NCBI GenBank assembly: GCA_011391785.1
Contig: JAABPW010000114.1
Location: 1-62,227 of the forward strand
Source of the DNA: Verrucomicrobiota bacterium
GTDB taxonomy: Bacteria > Verrucomicrobiota > Kiritimatiellia > CAIKKV01 > CAITUY01
DNA length: 62,227 nt
Direction: 5' to 3'
Made by a program: the position numbers and the translations under genes. Below are positions 1-10,410 of this stretch, piece after piece. The notes under the pieces were generated by a model, which worked only from the letters and a program-made list of their open reading frames with translations, had not been told where the DNA came from and made no database searches. Every line of letters begins with the position of its first letter. The first letter of the stretch is position 1.

Positions 1-1
1 C

Positions 2-1105
2 ATCGAGTGGGATCCCTATAGTGTGCCGATTCTGGCGGAGAAGCCCGGTTCGGTCCGGTTCCAGGGGTTCATCGAGAATGTGACCGTCAAGAAGGAAGTG
101 GATCAGTCCACCGGCCTGATGGGTACCGTGGTTCTGGAGCACAAGGAAGATCTTCATCCTCAGATCCTGGTTACGTTCGGCAGCGGTGAGTCGCCGATGA
201 TTTACAATATTCCGGCTGGCGCCCATGTCATGGTGAAGGACGGCAAGAAGGTCGCCGCTGGCGAGGTTCTTGCCAAGACGCCCCGCAAGGAGTCCAAGAC
301 CAAGGACATCACCGGTGGTCTGCCTCGTGTGGCGGAATTGTTTGAGGCGCGTCGTCCGAAGGATGCGGCTGAAATTGCCAAGATTGACGGCGTGGTGGAC
401 TTCGGTGCGAACCAGCGCGGTCGACGTTGTCTCCTGATCCGCGACTCCGTAACGGGTGACGAGGAGCAACATTTGATCCCGATGGGCAAGCACATCGTTG
501 TGTACAAGGGTGACTATGTTTCCAAGGGACAGCAGCTCACGGAAGGCCCGATCGTGCCTCAGGAAATTCTCGAGATCTGCGGACCGCAGGAGCTTCAGGA
601 ATACCTGGTAAACCAAGTGCAGGAAGTTTACCGCCTGCAGGGTGTGGAGATTAACGATAAGCATATCGAGATCATTGTCCGCCAGATGCTGCGAAAGGTT
701 CGCATCACCGATGCGGGCGACACCGATTTCCTTTGGGGTGAGCAGGTCGAGAAGCAGTCTTTCCAGGAAGTTAACTTGAAGGCGCAGGCTGAAGGCAAGC
801 GACCCGCTGAGGCTTCTCCGGCCTTGCTGGGTATCACCAAGGCGGCACTTGAGACCGAGAGCTTCATCTCGGCGGCGTCCTTCCAGGATACGACGCGTGT
901 GTTGACCGAGGCGGCGACTCTGGGGCGTGTGGATACACTCTACGGGTTCAAGGAAAATGTTATCATGGGTCACTTGATCCCGGGTGGGACGGGTTTCCCG
1001 ATGTTCCGGAACATCAAGCTGGTGCCTTTGGCGGAGCCTATTCCCGAGGAGGAATTCCGTCAGGAGAGCGAAGCGACGAAGCGTGCTCAGGAGTTACTGG
1101 GATAA
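2..1105 (+). CDS. rpoC: DNA-directed RNA polymerase subunit beta-prime, C-terminal part (5' end lies outside the window)
   Basis: Frame is open from position 2 (IEWDPYSVPILAEK...). Conserved C-terminal beta-prime blocks ITGGLPRVAELFEAR, SFISAASFQDTTRVLTEAA and ENVIMGHLIPGGTG. Followed by rpsL-rpsG-fusA as at the canonical rpoBC/str junction. Confidence 0.95.
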   Translation: MEWDPYSVPILAEKPGSVRFQGFIENVTVKKEVDQSTGLMGTVVLEHKEDLHPQILVTFGSGESPMIYNIPAGAHVMVKDGKKVAAGEVLAKTPRKESKTKDITGGLPRVAELFEARRPKDAAEIAKIDGVVDFGANQRGRRCLLIRDSVTGDEEQHLIPMGKHIVVYKGDYVSKGQQLTEGPIVPQEILEICGPQELQEYLVNQVQEVYRLQGVEINDKHIEIIVRQMLRKVRITDAGDTDFLWGEQVEKQSFQEVNLKAQAEGKRPAEASPALLGITKAALETESFISAASFQDTTRVLTEAATLGRVDTLYGFKENVIMGHLIPGGTGFPMFRNIKLVPLAEPIPEEEFRQESEATKRAQELLG

Positions 1106-1170
1106 AGACTTGACAAGGACACAGGCGTTCTGGCAAGTTGTCACGCTTTGCGTTTGAAAAGGGAAGAATT

Positions 1171-1548
1171 ATGCCAACGATCAACCAACTGGTTAAAAAC
1201 GGGCGCAAGCAGGTCCGTTATAAGAGCAAGTCGCCGGCGCTGAAGAATTGTCCTCAGCGGCGCGGCGTGTGTCTGTCGGTTAAGACGCAGACACCGAAAA
1301 AGCCGAACTCTGCGCTCCGCAAGGTTGCGCGTGTCCGGTTAACGAATGGCGAGGAAGTGACCGCCTATATTCCGGGCGAAGGGCACAATCTTCAGGAGCA
1401 CAGTGTTGTGCTTGTGCGTGGCGGTCGCGTGAAGGACTTGCCTGGTGTTCGCTACCACATCGTGCGTGGGACGCTGGACACCTTGGGCGTGGAGGGGCGG
1501 CACCGGGGCCGTTCCAAGTATGGCGTCAAAACACCGAAGCAGGCGTAG
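1171..1548 (+). CDS. rpsL: 30S ribosomal protein S12
   Basis: ATG at 1171 ([12 protein letters not shown]...), which is the typical S12 N-terminus. KKPNSALRK motif. The 1138 start in the ORF track adds a non-conserved 11 aa. Confidence 0.97.
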   Translation: MPTINQLVKNGRKQVRYKSKSPALKNCPQRRGVCLSVKTQTPKKPNSALRKVARVRLTNGEEVTAYIPGEGHNLQEHSVVLVRGGRVKDLPGVRYHIVRGTLDTLGVEGRHRGRSKYGVKTPKQA

Positions 1549-1562
1549 GACGGCGCAAGATC

Positions 1563-2036
1563 ATGGGACGAAGACGAAGAGCAGTACGGCGGGCGGTCCA
1601 GTCGGATCCGAAATATAATAGCGAACTGGTCGGCCGGCTTGTGAACCACCTGATGAAGGTGGGAAAAAAATCGGTATCAGTAAACATTGTTTACGATGCC
1701 CTGAAGGTGATTCAGGAAAAGCATCCTGAGGGCGATCCTCTCGAGGTGATTCTCCGGGCAATTGACAACGTGAAGCCGAAAGTTGAGGTGAAATCGCGCC
1801 GGGTTGGCGGTGCCACCTATCAGGTTCCGGTGGAAGTGTCCCCCGAGCGTCAGGGAGCCCTGGCGATGCGGTGGCTGATTCAGTATGCGAAGACCCGGAA
1901 GGGTGTGCCGATGCGACGTGCGCTGGCCCAGGAAATCCTGGATGCCTACGCCGAGCAGGGCAATGCCATCAAGAAGCGTGATGATACGCACAAGATGGCG
2001 CAGGCGAACAAGGCGTTCGCGCATTATCGGTGGTAA
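1563..2036 (+). CDS. rpsG: 30S ribosomal protein S7
   Basis: 157 aa with a PDPKYNS-like N-terminus and GGATYQVPVEV. Position is directly after rpsL. Confidence 0.97.
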   Translation: MGRRRRAVRRAVQSDPKYNSELVGRLVNHLMKVGKKSVSVNIVYDALKVIQEKHPEGDPLEVILRAIDNVKPKVEVKSRRVGGATYQVPVEVSPERQGALAMRWLIQYAKTRKGVPMRRALAQEILDAYAEQGNAIKKRDDTHKMAQANKAFAHYRW

Positions 2037-2093
2037 AAAAGAGGCTTTTCAGCCAATTTCCCGTCGTCCGACTGGGCGACGGGAGTTGTTTGT

Positions 2094-4241
2094 TTGTGGA
2101 TTAAAATGGAAACGGTCTTGGAACAGAACAAAAAAGGCAGTGACTCGGGACAGGCGCGGCAGCGTGAAGCTGCAGATCGCGTCCGTCCCCTGGCTGCTGT
2201 ACGCAACATCGGCATTATTGCCCACATTGACGCGGGCAAGACGACGACGAGCGAAAGGATTCTGTTCTATGCGGGTCGCGTGCATCGAATGGGCGAAGTC
2301 CATGAGGGTACAGCCACGATGGATTGGATGCCCCAGGAGAAAGAGCGCGGGATTACCATTACGAGCGCTGCAACGACCTGTTTCTGGCGCGACCACCAGA
2401 TTAATCTTATTGATACCCCGGGGCATGTTGACTTCACCGTCGAGGTGGAGCGTTCCCTGCGAGTTCTGGATGGAGCCGTCGTGGTGTTTTGCGGGGTTGG
2501 CGGGGTTCAGCCGCAGTCCGAGACAGTATGGCATCAGGCCGATCGGTATCATGTCCCTCGGGTCGCCTTTGTGAACAAGATGGACCGCATCGGCGCTAAT
2601 TTCAATGTTGTGGTTGATCAGATCCGAACTCGACTTGGCGCCGTTCCTGTGCCGATCCAGATTCCCTGGGGTGCGGAGGAAAATTTCAAGGGAATTGTCG
2701 ACCTGCTGACCATGGAGACCTTTGTTTATGATGAGTCCTCCATGGGTTCTGAAGTCCGATCGGTGCCTATTCCCGGTGAACTTCGAATTGAAGCCGAGAA
2801 AGCGCGTGCAGCGCTGATTGAAGTGTTGTCCGAACGGGACGAGAAGATTCTTGAGTCCTACTTGGAGAATCCCGATATTCCTGCGGACGTTTTGCGTGCA
2901 GGGCTTCGACGCGCCACGGTTGCCCAGACGATTACTCCGGTGCTGTGCGGTTCGTCGTTGCGCAATAAGGGTGTTCAACAGTTGCTTGACGCCGTGGTGG
3001 ATTTCCTGCCTTCCCCCTTGGATGTGCCGCCGGTTCAGGGTGAGCATCCGAAGACCCGCGAGGTGATCACCCGCGAAGCAGATGATTTTGCGGCCCAGAG
3101 CGCCCTTGTTTTCAAGCTGATGAACGATCCCTATATGGGGCGTCTTGCCTTCATCCGCGTATACTCCGGACAAGTCAAGAAGGGGCAGAATCTTTTCAAC
3201 ACCCGCACCCGCAAGCGTGACCGGGTTATGAAGCTGGTACTCCTGCACGCGGATGACAGGCAGGAAGTCGATGTTCTCCATGCCGGCGAGATTGGCGCCG
3301 TTTTAGGGCTCAAGCAGGTGACCACCGGCGATACCCTCTGTGCCGAGAACATGCCGGTTGAGCTCGAGCGAATTCGCTTCCCTGAACCGGTAATCTCGAT
3401 GGCCGTTGAGCCAAAGTCGCAGGCGGATCGTGAAAAACTTGTAGAAGCTCTGGCTGCCCTGTCAGCCGAGGATCCCACCTGTATCGTGTCCATTGATGCT
3501 GACACTGGTCAGACGCTCTTGAGCGGGATGGGCGAGCTTCACCTGGAGATTTTGAAGGATCGCATGTTTCGTGAGTTCAAGGTCCAGGCTAATGCCGGAC
3601 GCCCGATGGTGGCCTATCGTGAGACGGTGACGGCGGCAGGTCGTGGTAAATCCTGTTTTGACCGCGAGATTGCCGGTCAACGCCAGTATGCTGAAGTTGA
3701 ACTGCAAATGGAGCCGGCCGCTCGTGGTGCTGGGATCCATATTGAATTTGATGTGCCTGCGTCACGTATTCCCTCGGAGTTTAGGGAGTCGATTGAGGAT
3801 GGAATCCGTGACGGGTTGATGACGGGAATCCTGGCGAATTATCCCATGGTGGATGTCCGGGTCCGTGTGGCAGGCGGTTCTTTCCGCGAGCAGGAATCCA
3901 CTGAAGTGGCATTCCGGACGGCGGGAGTGATGGCATTGCGGGAGGCGGCGAAAGCGGCCAAACCGGCAATCCTGGAGCCCATTATGTCGCTGGAGATCAT
4001 TCTTCCAGCGGAACATCTGGGTGATGTGCTGAATGATGTGAATGCCCGGCGCGGCCATGTTCAGGACATGGTAGCGAAGGAAACCGTGCAGGTAATCCAT
4101 GCTCGGGTTCCACTGGCGGAACTATTCGGGTACTCAACCGCCATCCGGTCTCTGACTCGGGGGCGGGCGAGCTACACGATGGAACCGGCCTGTTTTGACG
4201 TGGTGCCGGAGGCGATACAACAGCAACTTCTGGAACGGTGA
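2094..4241 (+). CDS. fusA: Translation elongation factor G
   Basis: GTPase motifs [17 protein letters not shown] and NKMD. Full five-domain length. The start is ambiguous between 2094 and the ATG at 2106. Confidence 0.95.
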   Translation: MWIKMETVLEQNKKGSDSGQARQREAADRVRPLAAVRNIGIIAHIDAGKTTTSERILFYAGRVHRMGEVHEGTATMDWMPQEKERGITITSAATTCFWRDHQINLIDTPGHVDFTVEVERSLRVLDGAVVVFCGVGGVQPQSETVWHQADRYHVPRVAFVNKMDRIGANFNVVVDQIRTRLGAVPVPIQIPWGAEENFKGIVDLLTMETFVYDESSMGSEVRSVPIPGELRIEAEKARAALIEVLSERDEKILESYLENPDIPADVLRAGLRRATVAQTITPVLCGSSLRNKGVQQLLDAVVDFLPSPLDVPPVQGEHPKTREVITREADDFAAQSALVFKLMNDPYMGRLAFIRVYSGQVKKGQNLFNTRTRKRDRVMKLVLLHADDRQEVDVLHAGEIGAVLGLKQVTTGDTLCAENMPVELERIRFPEPVISMAVEPKSQADREKLVEALAALSAEDPTCIVSIDADTGQTLLSGMGELHLEILKDRMFREFKVQANAGRPMVAYRETVTAAGRGKSCFDREIAGQRQYAEVELQMEPAARGAGIHIEFDVPASRIPSEFRESIEDGIRDGLMTGILANYPMVDVRVRVAGGSFREQESTEVAFRTAGVMALREAAKAAKPAILEPIMSLEIILPAEHLGDVLNDVNARRGHVQDMVAKETVQVIHARVPLAELFGYSTAIRSLTRGRASYTMEPACFDVVPEAIQQQLLER

Positions 4242-4248
4242 GTGAACG

Positions 4249-4557
4249 ATGGAAAAGCAACGCATACGTATACGTTTGAAGGCCTACGACTATCGGGTGT
4301 TGGACCAGTCTGTGTCTGACATTGTGGAGACGGCAAAAAGGACGGGAGCCCGCGTGGTGGGCCCTATCCCGATGCCCACGCGCATTGAAAGTTACAGTGT
4401 TAACCGAAGTGTGCATGCCGACAAGAAGTCGATGGAACAGTTCGAGGTCCGGACTCATAAGCGGATTTTGGACATTGTGGAACCGACGGCAAGGACCGTG
4501 GATGAGCTGAAGAAGCTCAACATGCCGGCCGGTGTGGATATAACGATCAAGATTTAA
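4249..4557 (+). CDS. rpsJ: 30S ribosomal protein S10
   Basis: 102 aa ([11 protein letters not shown]...). It is the first gene of the S10 cluster and starts 7 nt after the fusA stop. Confidence 0.97.
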   Translation: MEKQRIRIRLKAYDYRVLDQSVSDIVETAKRTGARVVGPIPMPTRIESYSVNRSVHADKKSMEQFEVRTHKRILDIVEPTARTVDELKKLNMPAGVDITIKI

Positions 4558-4567
4558 GCAGGTCACC

Positions 4568-5215
4568 ATGCAAGGGATACTTGGAAGAAAAATTGGAATG
4601 ACCCGTGTCTTTGGCGCCGAAGGTCGCCAGACGCCGGTCACAGTAATTGAAGTCGGGCCATGCGTGGTCGTTCAGCGAAAAACGAAGAGCCAGGATGGCT
4701 ATGATGCGTTGAAGCTGGGCTTCGTGGAGGTGAAAGCCTCCCGCGCAAGCAAGCCTCACGCAGGTCAGTTCAAGGCGGCTAACACGACCCCGAAACGGTT
4801 TCTCCGCGAATTTGCGGTGGGTGCCGATGAGGCGTTGAAGACCGGGGATGCCGTGACGGCATCGGTCTTGGACGGTGTTGAATATGTGGACGTGATTGGC
4901 GTCACCAAGGGTCAGGGATTCGCAGGTGTTGTACGGCGCTTCCGTATGGCGGGTGGTCCGATGACGCACGGCGGCCATTCAAAACGCCGTATCGGATCCA
5001 TTGGTTGCCGTTCATATCCCGGGCGTGTTCACAAGGGGAAGCACATGCCGGGACATATGGGTAACGTTCAAGTAACGACCCAGAATTTGAAGGTTGTGCA
5101 GCTCCGCGCCGATGAGAATTTGCTCCTGGTAAACGGGGCGGTTCCGGGACCGGCGGGTGCGCTGGTTGAAATACGCAAGGCATTAAAGAAGACGAAGGCG
5201 GGGCAGGGTAAATGA
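4568..5215 (+). CDS. rplC: 50S ribosomal protein L3
   Basis: N-terminus GILGRKIGMTRVF. Conserved operon position. Confidence 0.97.
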   Translation: MQGILGRKIGMTRVFGAEGRQTPVTVIEVGPCVVVQRKTKSQDGYDALKLGFVEVKASRASKPHAGQFKAANTTPKRFLREFAVGADEALKTGDAVTASVLDGVEYVDVIGVTKGQGFAGVVRRFRMAGGPMTHGGHSKRRIGSIGCRSYPGRVHKGKHMPGHMGNVQVTTQNLKVVQLRADENLLLVNGAVPGPAGALVEIRKALKKTKAGQGK

Positions 5216-5853
5216 GCAAGCTTTCTGTCTATGACATGAAGGGCACCTCGTTGGCGAAAGTTGACTTTCCCGATGAGTTGATGACAAGCAGGGGCCAGCA
5301 GGCAGTCCAGGACGTGATCGTGGCCTACCAGGCAGGTATTCGCGCAGGCACGGCATCCACCCTCGGCAAGGGGGCGGTCGCCGGCAGCAACAAGAAGCCG
5401 TGGAAGCAGAAGGGTACTGGGCGCGCTCGCGCCGGTTTCCGGCAGTCTCCTGTGTGGCGTGGCGGTGGTGTGGCTCATGGTCCGCATCCGCGCAGCTATG
5501 CGAAGGGCGTCAACGCAAAGGTTGCCCGTCTGGCGTTTCGCCGGGCTTTTAGCGACCTGATTCGCGAGGATCGTCTCCGTGTTCTTGATCAACTTGCGGT
5601 GTCAGAACCGAAAACCAAGGCGGCGGCGGCTCTTCTCAAGGCGTTGGGTCTTGCCAAGGGTGCCCTGATCGTGGTTGACAAGCTCGACAAGAATGTGCTC
5701 TGTGCGTTCCGCAACCTGCCCAATGTCGAGGCGGTCGCGGCCCACGACGTCAGCACCTTCCAGCTGGTTCGTTATCCGGTGACGGTGGTAACACGCCCGG
5801 CGATGGATCTGTTGAAGGCGCGGATTGAGGGCGAGACGGGGAGAAAATCATGA
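5212..5853 (+). CDS. rplD: 50S ribosomal protein L4
   Basis: KPWKQKGTGRAR motif. ATGA overlap with rplC. Confidence 0.96.
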   Translation: MSKLSVYDMKGTSLAKVDFPDELMTSRGQQAVQDVIVAYQAGIRAGTASTLGKGAVAGSNKKPWKQKGTGRARAGFRQSPVWRGGGVAHGPHPRSYAKGVNAKVARLAFRRAFSDLIREDRLRVLDQLAVSEPKTKAAAALLKALGLAKGALIVVDKLDKNVLCAFRNLPNVEAVAAHDVSTFQLVRYPVTVVTRPAMDLLKARIEGETGRKS

Positions 5854-6131
5854 AGACTGGACTTTCAGCGGTTCGCGGACTGCACATCACCGAAAAAGGA
5901 ACGCTTCTGGCAGGCCAGAACAAGTACCTGTTTAAGGTGGATCCCACCGCCAACAAGCTAGAGATCAAGAAGGCAATCGAAGAGTTCTTCAAGGTCAAGG
6001 TGGTTAAGGTCAACACCATGAATTATGACGGCAAGAAGCGCCGTCAGCGCACGGCCCATTCCGGCAAGACGCCCGACTGGAAACGTGCCGTGGTGACGTT
6101 GAAGGATGGCGACAAGATAGATTTCGAATAG
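5850..6131 (+). CDS. rplW: 50S ribosomal protein L23
   Basis: 93 aa with [16 protein letters not shown]. 4-nt overlap with rplD. Confidence 0.95.
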   Translation: MKTGLSAVRGLHITEKGTLLAGQNKYLFKVDPTANKLEIKKAIEEFFKVKVVKVNTMNYDGKKRRQRTAHSGKTPDWKRAVVTLKDGDKIDFE

Positions 6132-6141
6132 GATACAAGAC

Positions 6142-6966
6142 ATGGCGCTTAAAACCTACAAACCCACGACGCCAAGCCTGCGACATACGCAGTTGTCGTC
6201 GTTCGATGAGATTACACGGAGCAAGCCCGAGCGCTCGCTCACGAAGTCACAAAAAACGAAAGCCGGCCGGAATTCAGCGGGACGTATTACCATACGTCAC
6301 CGGGGCGGTGGCCACCGGCATCATTACCGGATCATTGATTTCAAGCGGAACAAGGTAGGGATTCCCGCCAAGGTTCAGGCGATTGAGTATGATCCGAACC
6401 GTTCGGCGCGAATCGCATTATTAGCTTATAAGGATGGTGAGAAGCGTTATATCCTTGCGCCGGTTGGCTTGGTGGTTGGCGCGATAGTGATGTCGGGTCC
6501 CGAGGCTGAGCCGGTTACCGGGAATGCGATGCCGCTGGCCAGGATCCCGCTTGGACTTCCGATTCATGCCATTGAGATGACAGCGGGTTGCGGTGCGCAG
6601 ATGGTTCGGAGCGCGGGGCAGACGGCCCAATTGATGTCACGCGAAGGACTATACGCCAATGTCAAGTTGCCTTCGGGTGAAATTCGTCGTTTCAGCGTCA
6701 ATTGCCAGGCGACCATCGGTCAGGTGGGAAATCTGGAGCACGACAGCATCAAGCTGGGCAAGGCTGGACGCAAGCGTTGGAAGGGGATTCGTCCCACCGT
6801 TAGAGGTGTGGCGATGAACCCGGTTGACCACCCGATGGGTGGCGGTGAAGGTCGCACGTCCGGCGGTGGTCATCCTGTGACTCCGTGGGGTCAGTTGACA
6901 AAGGGCAAGAAGACCCGTGCGGGACGGAAGACCTCGAGCAAATTTATCGTTAGTCGGAGAAAATAA
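6142..6966 (+). CDS. rplB: 50S ribosomal protein L2
   Basis: GRNxxGRITxRHRGGGHK-like block, [12 protein letters not shown]. Confidence 0.97.
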   Translation: MALKTYKPTTPSLRHTQLSSFDEITRSKPERSLTKSQKTKAGRNSAGRITIRHRGGGHRHHYRIIDFKRNKVGIPAKVQAIEYDPNRSARIALLAYKDGEKRYILAPVGLVVGAIVMSGPEAEPVTGNAMPLARIPLGLPIHAIEMTAGCGAQMVRSAGQTAQLMSREGLYANVKLPSGEIRRFSVNCQATIGQVGNLEHDSIKLGKAGRKRWKGIRPTVRGVAMNPVDHPMGGGEGRTSGGGHPVTPWGQLTKGKKTRAGRKTSSKFIVSRRK

Positions 6967-6969
6967 GCC

Positions 6970-7254
6970 ATGGGCCGTTCACTAAAAAAAGGGCCGTATG
7001 TTGATGAGAAGTTGCTGGATCGCGTGGAGAAGATGAACCGCGCCGGCGAGAAACGCGTTGTCAAGACGTGGTCGCGCCGATCCATGATTGTGCCTGAATT
7101 TGTCGGGCATACTCTGGCCGTGCATAACGGCAAGCAACATGTTCCAGTGTATATCACGGAGCATATGGTGAGTCACCGGTTGGGTGAATTTGCGCCGACG
7201 CGCATTTTCCGAAAACACGGCACGCATACCGACAAAACGGTGGCGTTGAAGTAA
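6970..7254 (+). CDS. rpsS: 30S ribosomal protein S19
   Basis: [30 protein letters not shown]-like block. Confidence 0.97.
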   Translation: MGRSLKKGPYVDEKLLDRVEKMNRAGEKRVVKTWSRRSMIVPEFVGHTLAVHNGKQHVPVYITEHMVSHRLGEFAPTRIFRKHGTHTDKTVALK

Positions 7255-7258
7255 TCGC

Positions 7259-7738
7259 ATGCGGGCAAGTCTGTGCAGCCTGGTCGTGGCGGGAGGAGTC
7301 CTGCTGGTGGCTGGTTGGGCAGTAGCAGCGGAGGGGGATGACCTTGAGCTTCTACGGAGGCAGGTTCGTTACCTGACAGAAGCACTGGCCCGGACGAAGG
7401 CGGAAGTGGATGGATTGAAAGCCCGGCTTGATAGTCGGGCGAATGATGCGGCAGGCGGGGGCGGCGAAATGCTCTCTGTGACCGAGTTGTTGAGGGATAA
7501 AAAGTACAAGATTTTAGATGTAAACAAAGAGCTGGGCATGGTGGTGCTCAATGGTGGACGGCGGGAAGGCATAATGCCGGGTTTGCAGTTCGCCGTGATT
7601 CAAGGAGACCGGGCCATGGCAACGGTACGTGTGGTGGAAGTGCGTATGGCAGTTGCTGGAGCTGTGCTCCAGGACGGTGGTCGGGCATTTCCCAGAGTCG
7701 GGGACCGGGCGATTGTGGTGACCGGCTACAGGAAGTAG
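7259..7738 (+). CDS. Hypothetical secreted or membrane-anchored coiled-coil protein embedded in the S10 operon
   Basis: 159 aa ORF filling the otherwise unexplained 494-nt gap between rpsS and rplV. Hydrophobic N-terminus (LCSLVVAGGVLLVAGWAVAAEG). Amphipathic helix (LELLRRQVRYLTEALARTKAEVDGLKARL). G-run, then a beta-rich C-terminal domain (KILDVNKELGMVVLNGGRREGIMPGLQF...VGDRAIVV). I recognise no ribosomal protein family. No obvious Shine-Dalgarno sequence. Confidence 0.6.
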   Translation: MRASLCSLVVAGGVLLVAGWAVAAEGDDLELLRRQVRYLTEALARTKAEVDGLKARLDSRANDAAGGGGEMLSVTELLRDKKYKILDVNKELGMVVLNGGRREGIMPGLQFAVIQGDRAMATVRVVEVRMAVAGAVLQDGGRAFPRVGDRAIVVTGYRK

Positions 7739-7748
7739 GAGCGAGGCA

Positions 7749-8084
7749 ATGGAAGTCAAAGCAGTGACTAAATATGTGCGCCTGTCGCCGCGGAAAGCGC
7801 GGGATATGGCTAGGGCCATTCAGGGCCTGCCGGTGGCCGATGCGATCAAAAAGGTTGAATTCAGCGAGCGCAAAGCGGCGCGGCAGCTGGAGAAGACCAT
7901 TCGGTCTGCGGTGGCGAATGCGGAAAACAACGCGAAGCTCTCGGCGGATGACTTGAGGGTCAAAGAGGCGACGATCGGCGAAGGGCCGGCGATGAAGCGC
8001 TTTTGGGCGCGGTCGCGCGGCATGGTGAGCAGGATCCGGAAGCGGACCAGCCATATCACGATCATTTTGTCAGACGGGAAGTGA
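7749..8084 (+). CDS. rplV: 50S ribosomal protein L22
   Basis: 111 aa (VRLSPRKARDMARAIQG...). RBS AGGAGCGAGG upstream. Confidence 0.96.
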   Translation: MEVKAVTKYVRLSPRKARDMARAIQGLPVADAIKKVEFSERKAARQLEKTIRSAVANAENNAKLSADDLRVKEATIGEGPAMKRFWARSRGMVSRIRKRTSHITIILSDGK

Positions 8085-8121
8085 CCGGCGGAAGCCGGGA
8101 TGACGCGAAAGGAGAATTGTT

Positions 8122-8790
8122 TTGGGACAAAAAATCAATCCGATTGGACTGAGGATTGCGGTCAGCAAAGCTTGGAAGTCCCGCTGGTTTGCCGATAAAA
8201 GGACCTGCGGCACCTTGCTGATGGAGGATCTGAAGATCCGTGATCTCATCAAGAAGCGCTTGGATGCGGCGGCGGTGGCGGATATCATCATCGAGCGGTA
8301 TGCGAACAGGGTGCGTTGCACGATTTGCACGGCTCGACCGGGGATCGTGATCGGCCGCAAGGGGCAGGATCTTGATCGTATTCGCGAGGAAATCGCCAAG
8401 CTGACGGGCAAGGAAATCTACCTGGAGATCAGGGAGATCCGGAGCCCTGACACCAATGCGCAGTTGGTGGCTGAGAGCGTGGCGCTTCAGATGGAGCGGC
8501 GGGTTTCATTCCGCCGTGCCATGAAGCGCGCGATCAAGATGGGCATGGAGCTGGGGGTCAAGGGTATCCGCATCAAGTGTGCGGGGCGACTTGGTGGTTC
8601 CGAGCTGGCCCGGGTGGAGTGGTATAAGGAGGGAACGATCCCCCTGCACACGCTTCGCGCGAACATTGACTACGGCTTCGCGGAAGCGAAGACCACCGCC
8701 GGCAAGATCGGCGTCAAAGTCTGGATTTGCAAGGAAAAGGAAGAGCCGGAAAAGGCAGTAAGGGGACGATCCAATGCCGCTTATGCCTAA
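8122..8790 (+). CDS. rpsC: 30S ribosomal protein S3
   Basis: TTG start, [12 protein letters not shown]-terminus, KH domain plus S3 C-terminal domain. Confidence 0.96.
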   Translation: MGQKINPIGLRIAVSKAWKSRWFADKRTCGTLLMEDLKIRDLIKKRLDAAAVADIIIERYANRVRCTICTARPGIVIGRKGQDLDRIREEIAKLTGKEIYLEIREIRSPDTNAQLVAESVALQMERRVSFRRAMKRAIKMGMELGVKGIRIKCAGRLGGSELARVEWYKEGTIPLHTLRANIDYGFAEAKTTAGKIGVKVWICKEKEEPEKAVRGRSNAAYA

Positions 8791-9187
8791 ACGAGTGAAG
8801 CACCGTTCGGTGCATCGCGGGTCCCGGAGTGGAGATGCTCAGACTGGGAATACGCTGGCCTTTGGTGAGTACGGTTTGAAGGCCCTGGAACGCGCATGGG
8901 TCAAGGCAACCCAGATCGAGGCGTGCCGTGTTGCGATGAATCGCAATATGAAACGGCGCGGCAAGGTATGGCTGCGGATTTTCCCAGACAGGCCGATCAG
9001 TAAGAAGCCGCTTGAAACGCGGTCCGGTAAGGGTAAGGGGCCGCTGGACTGCTGGGTAGCGGTAATTCGGCCCGGGGCGATGCTGTTCGAGGTGGACGGC
9101 GTTACCGAGCAGCTGGCACGGGAGTCATTTCGTCTGGCGGCGGCGAAGTTGCCGATCAGGACGATGTTTGTGAAACGGCACCAGTAA
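8774..9187 (+). CDS. rplP: 50S ribosomal protein L16
   Basis: MPKRVKHR... N-terminus. The start is 8774 or 8783. Overlaps the rpsC 3' end. Confidence 0.95.
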   Translation: MPLMPKRVKHRSVHRGSRSGDAQTGNTLAFGEYGLKALERAWVKATQIEACRVAMNRNMKRRGKVWLRIFPDRPISKKPLETRSGKGKGPLDCWVAVIRPGAMLFEVDGVTEQLARESFRLAAAKLPIRTMFVKRHQ

Positions 9188-9218
9188 CAGGTGCCAAAAG
9201 GACAGGGGTGCGGACGCC

Positions 9219-9416
9219 ATGAAGGCCGCTAAACTGAGAGAGCTTAACAAAGAGGAACTTGTGCAGCAGAACTCCGACATGGAGAAAGAGTTGCGCACGT
9301 TGAACATTCGTAAATCGGCGAGCCAGATCGAGCAGCCGTCACGGATTCGCAGTTTGCGGCGGGATATTGCCCGCGCACAGACGGTGATGTCCGAGCGGCG
9401 TCGCCAGCAAGGTTGA
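9219..9416 (+). CDS. rpmC: 50S ribosomal protein L29
   Basis: 65 aa ([16 protein letters not shown]). Conserved operon position. Confidence 0.93.
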   Translation: MKAAKLRELNKEELVQQNSDMEKELRTLNIRKSASQIEQPSRIRSLRRDIARAQTVMSERRRQQG

Positions 9417-9421
9417 GAATT

Positions 9422-9697
9422 ATGGCAGACACTGAAACCAAGCGGGGACTTCGCAAGGAACGTACAGGCGTGGTCGTGAGTGCCGCGATGCAGAAGACCA
9501 TCGTGGTGCGGGTTGAGCGCAAAACGCGTCATCCTCTGTACGGCAAGGAAATCCGTCAGTTAAAAAAATACTACGCGCATGACGAGGATGGCAGAGCCAA
9601 GGTTGGCGATCGCGTAAAGATCGTCGAATCGCGTCCGCTGAGCAAGCTCAAGCGGTGGCGTCTGGTTGAGGTCTTGGAAACGGCGAAACGCCAGTAA
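9422..9697 (+). CDS. rpsQ: 30S ribosomal protein S17
   Basis: ATG at 9422 (MADTETKRG...). [18 protein letters not shown] and [15 protein letters not shown] blocks. The TTG at 9413 in the track is a less likely start. Confidence 0.94.
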   Translation: MADTETKRGLRKERTGVVVSAAMQKTIVVRVERKTRHPLYGKEIRQLKKYYAHDEDGRAKVGDRVKIVESRPLSKLKRWRLVEVLETAKRQ

Positions 9698-9712
9698 TCG
9701 GGAATATCGACC

Positions 9713-10078
9713 ATGATTCAGGAAGAAACAAATCTTGATGTGGCGGACAACACCGGAGCGCGCAGCGTACGATGTTTCCGCCTGATCGGGCAGCGCAAGA
9801 CGTATGCCCATATTGGCGACCTCATCCGCGTAGCGGTAAAGGAAGCCCAGCCTACGGGAATGGTGAAAAAAGGTCAGGTGTGCCGCGCGATCATTGTGCG
9901 CACCAAGCAACCGATTCACCGCCCCGACGGTTCGGCCGTCCGGTTTGACACGAACGCGGTGGTGCTCGTGGATGAGAAGCTCAACCCGCTCGGGACGCGA
10001 ATCTTCGGCCCAGTGGCCCGTGAGCTTCGGGACAAGAACTACATGAAAATCGTCTCGTTGGCCCCAGAGGTCCTGTAG
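9713..10078 (+). CDS. rplN: 50S ribosomal protein L14
   Basis: [17 protein letters not shown], 121 aa. Confidence 0.97.
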   Translation: MIQEETNLDVADNTGARSVRCFRLIGQRKTYAHIGDLIRVAVKEAQPTGMVKKGQVCRAIIVRTKQPIHRPDGSAVRFDTNAVVLVDEKLNPLGTRIFGPVARELRDKNYMKIVSLAPEVL

Positions 10079-10090
10079 GAAAAGGAAAGT

Positions 10091-10402
10091 ATGAATATCC
10101 GGCGAAACGATATCGTGGTGGCCGTTCGCGGCCGTGACAAAGGCAAGCAGGGCAAAGTGCTTCAAGTGATCGTGGAGAAGCGCCGTGCCGTGGTGGAAGG
10201 CCTCAATCTGGTGACGAAGCATCTTCGGAAGTCTCAGGACAACCCGAAGGGCGGCATCATCAAGAAGGAATCTTCCATTGCGATGGCGAACCTCATGCTC
10301 TACTGCCCGCAGTGCAAGAAAGCGGTCCGTGTGAAGCGCGTGACCGAGGGTGACAAGCGCGTTCGCAAATGTAAAAAATGCGGACATGCCTTCGAGGCGT
10401 AA
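10091..10402 (+). CDS. rplX: 50S ribosomal protein L24 (KOW domain plus C-terminal Cys4 ribbon)
   Basis: KOW block (NDIVVAVRGRDKGKQGKV). The C-terminus carries CPQC...CKKC. Confidence 0.93.
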   Translation: MNIRRNDIVVAVRGRDKGKQGKVLQVIVEKRRAVVEGLNLVTKHLRKSQDNPKGGIIKKESSIAMANLMLYCPQCKKAVRVKRVTEGDKRVRKCKKCGHAFEA

Positions 10403-10410
10403 GGTGAGTT

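Noticed and set aside
1106-1170. TTGACA hexamer at 1114-1119 as a possible rpsL promoter
   Set aside because: No acceptable -10 hexamer lies at 16-18 nt spacing (GCAAGT only). Read-through from rpoC is equally likely, so it is not reported as a feature.
2049-3281. 410 aa minus-strand ORF (and 3131-3505, 3997-4641)
   Set aside because: Antisense to fusA. No recognisable motifs. A shadow ORF in a GC-rich gene.
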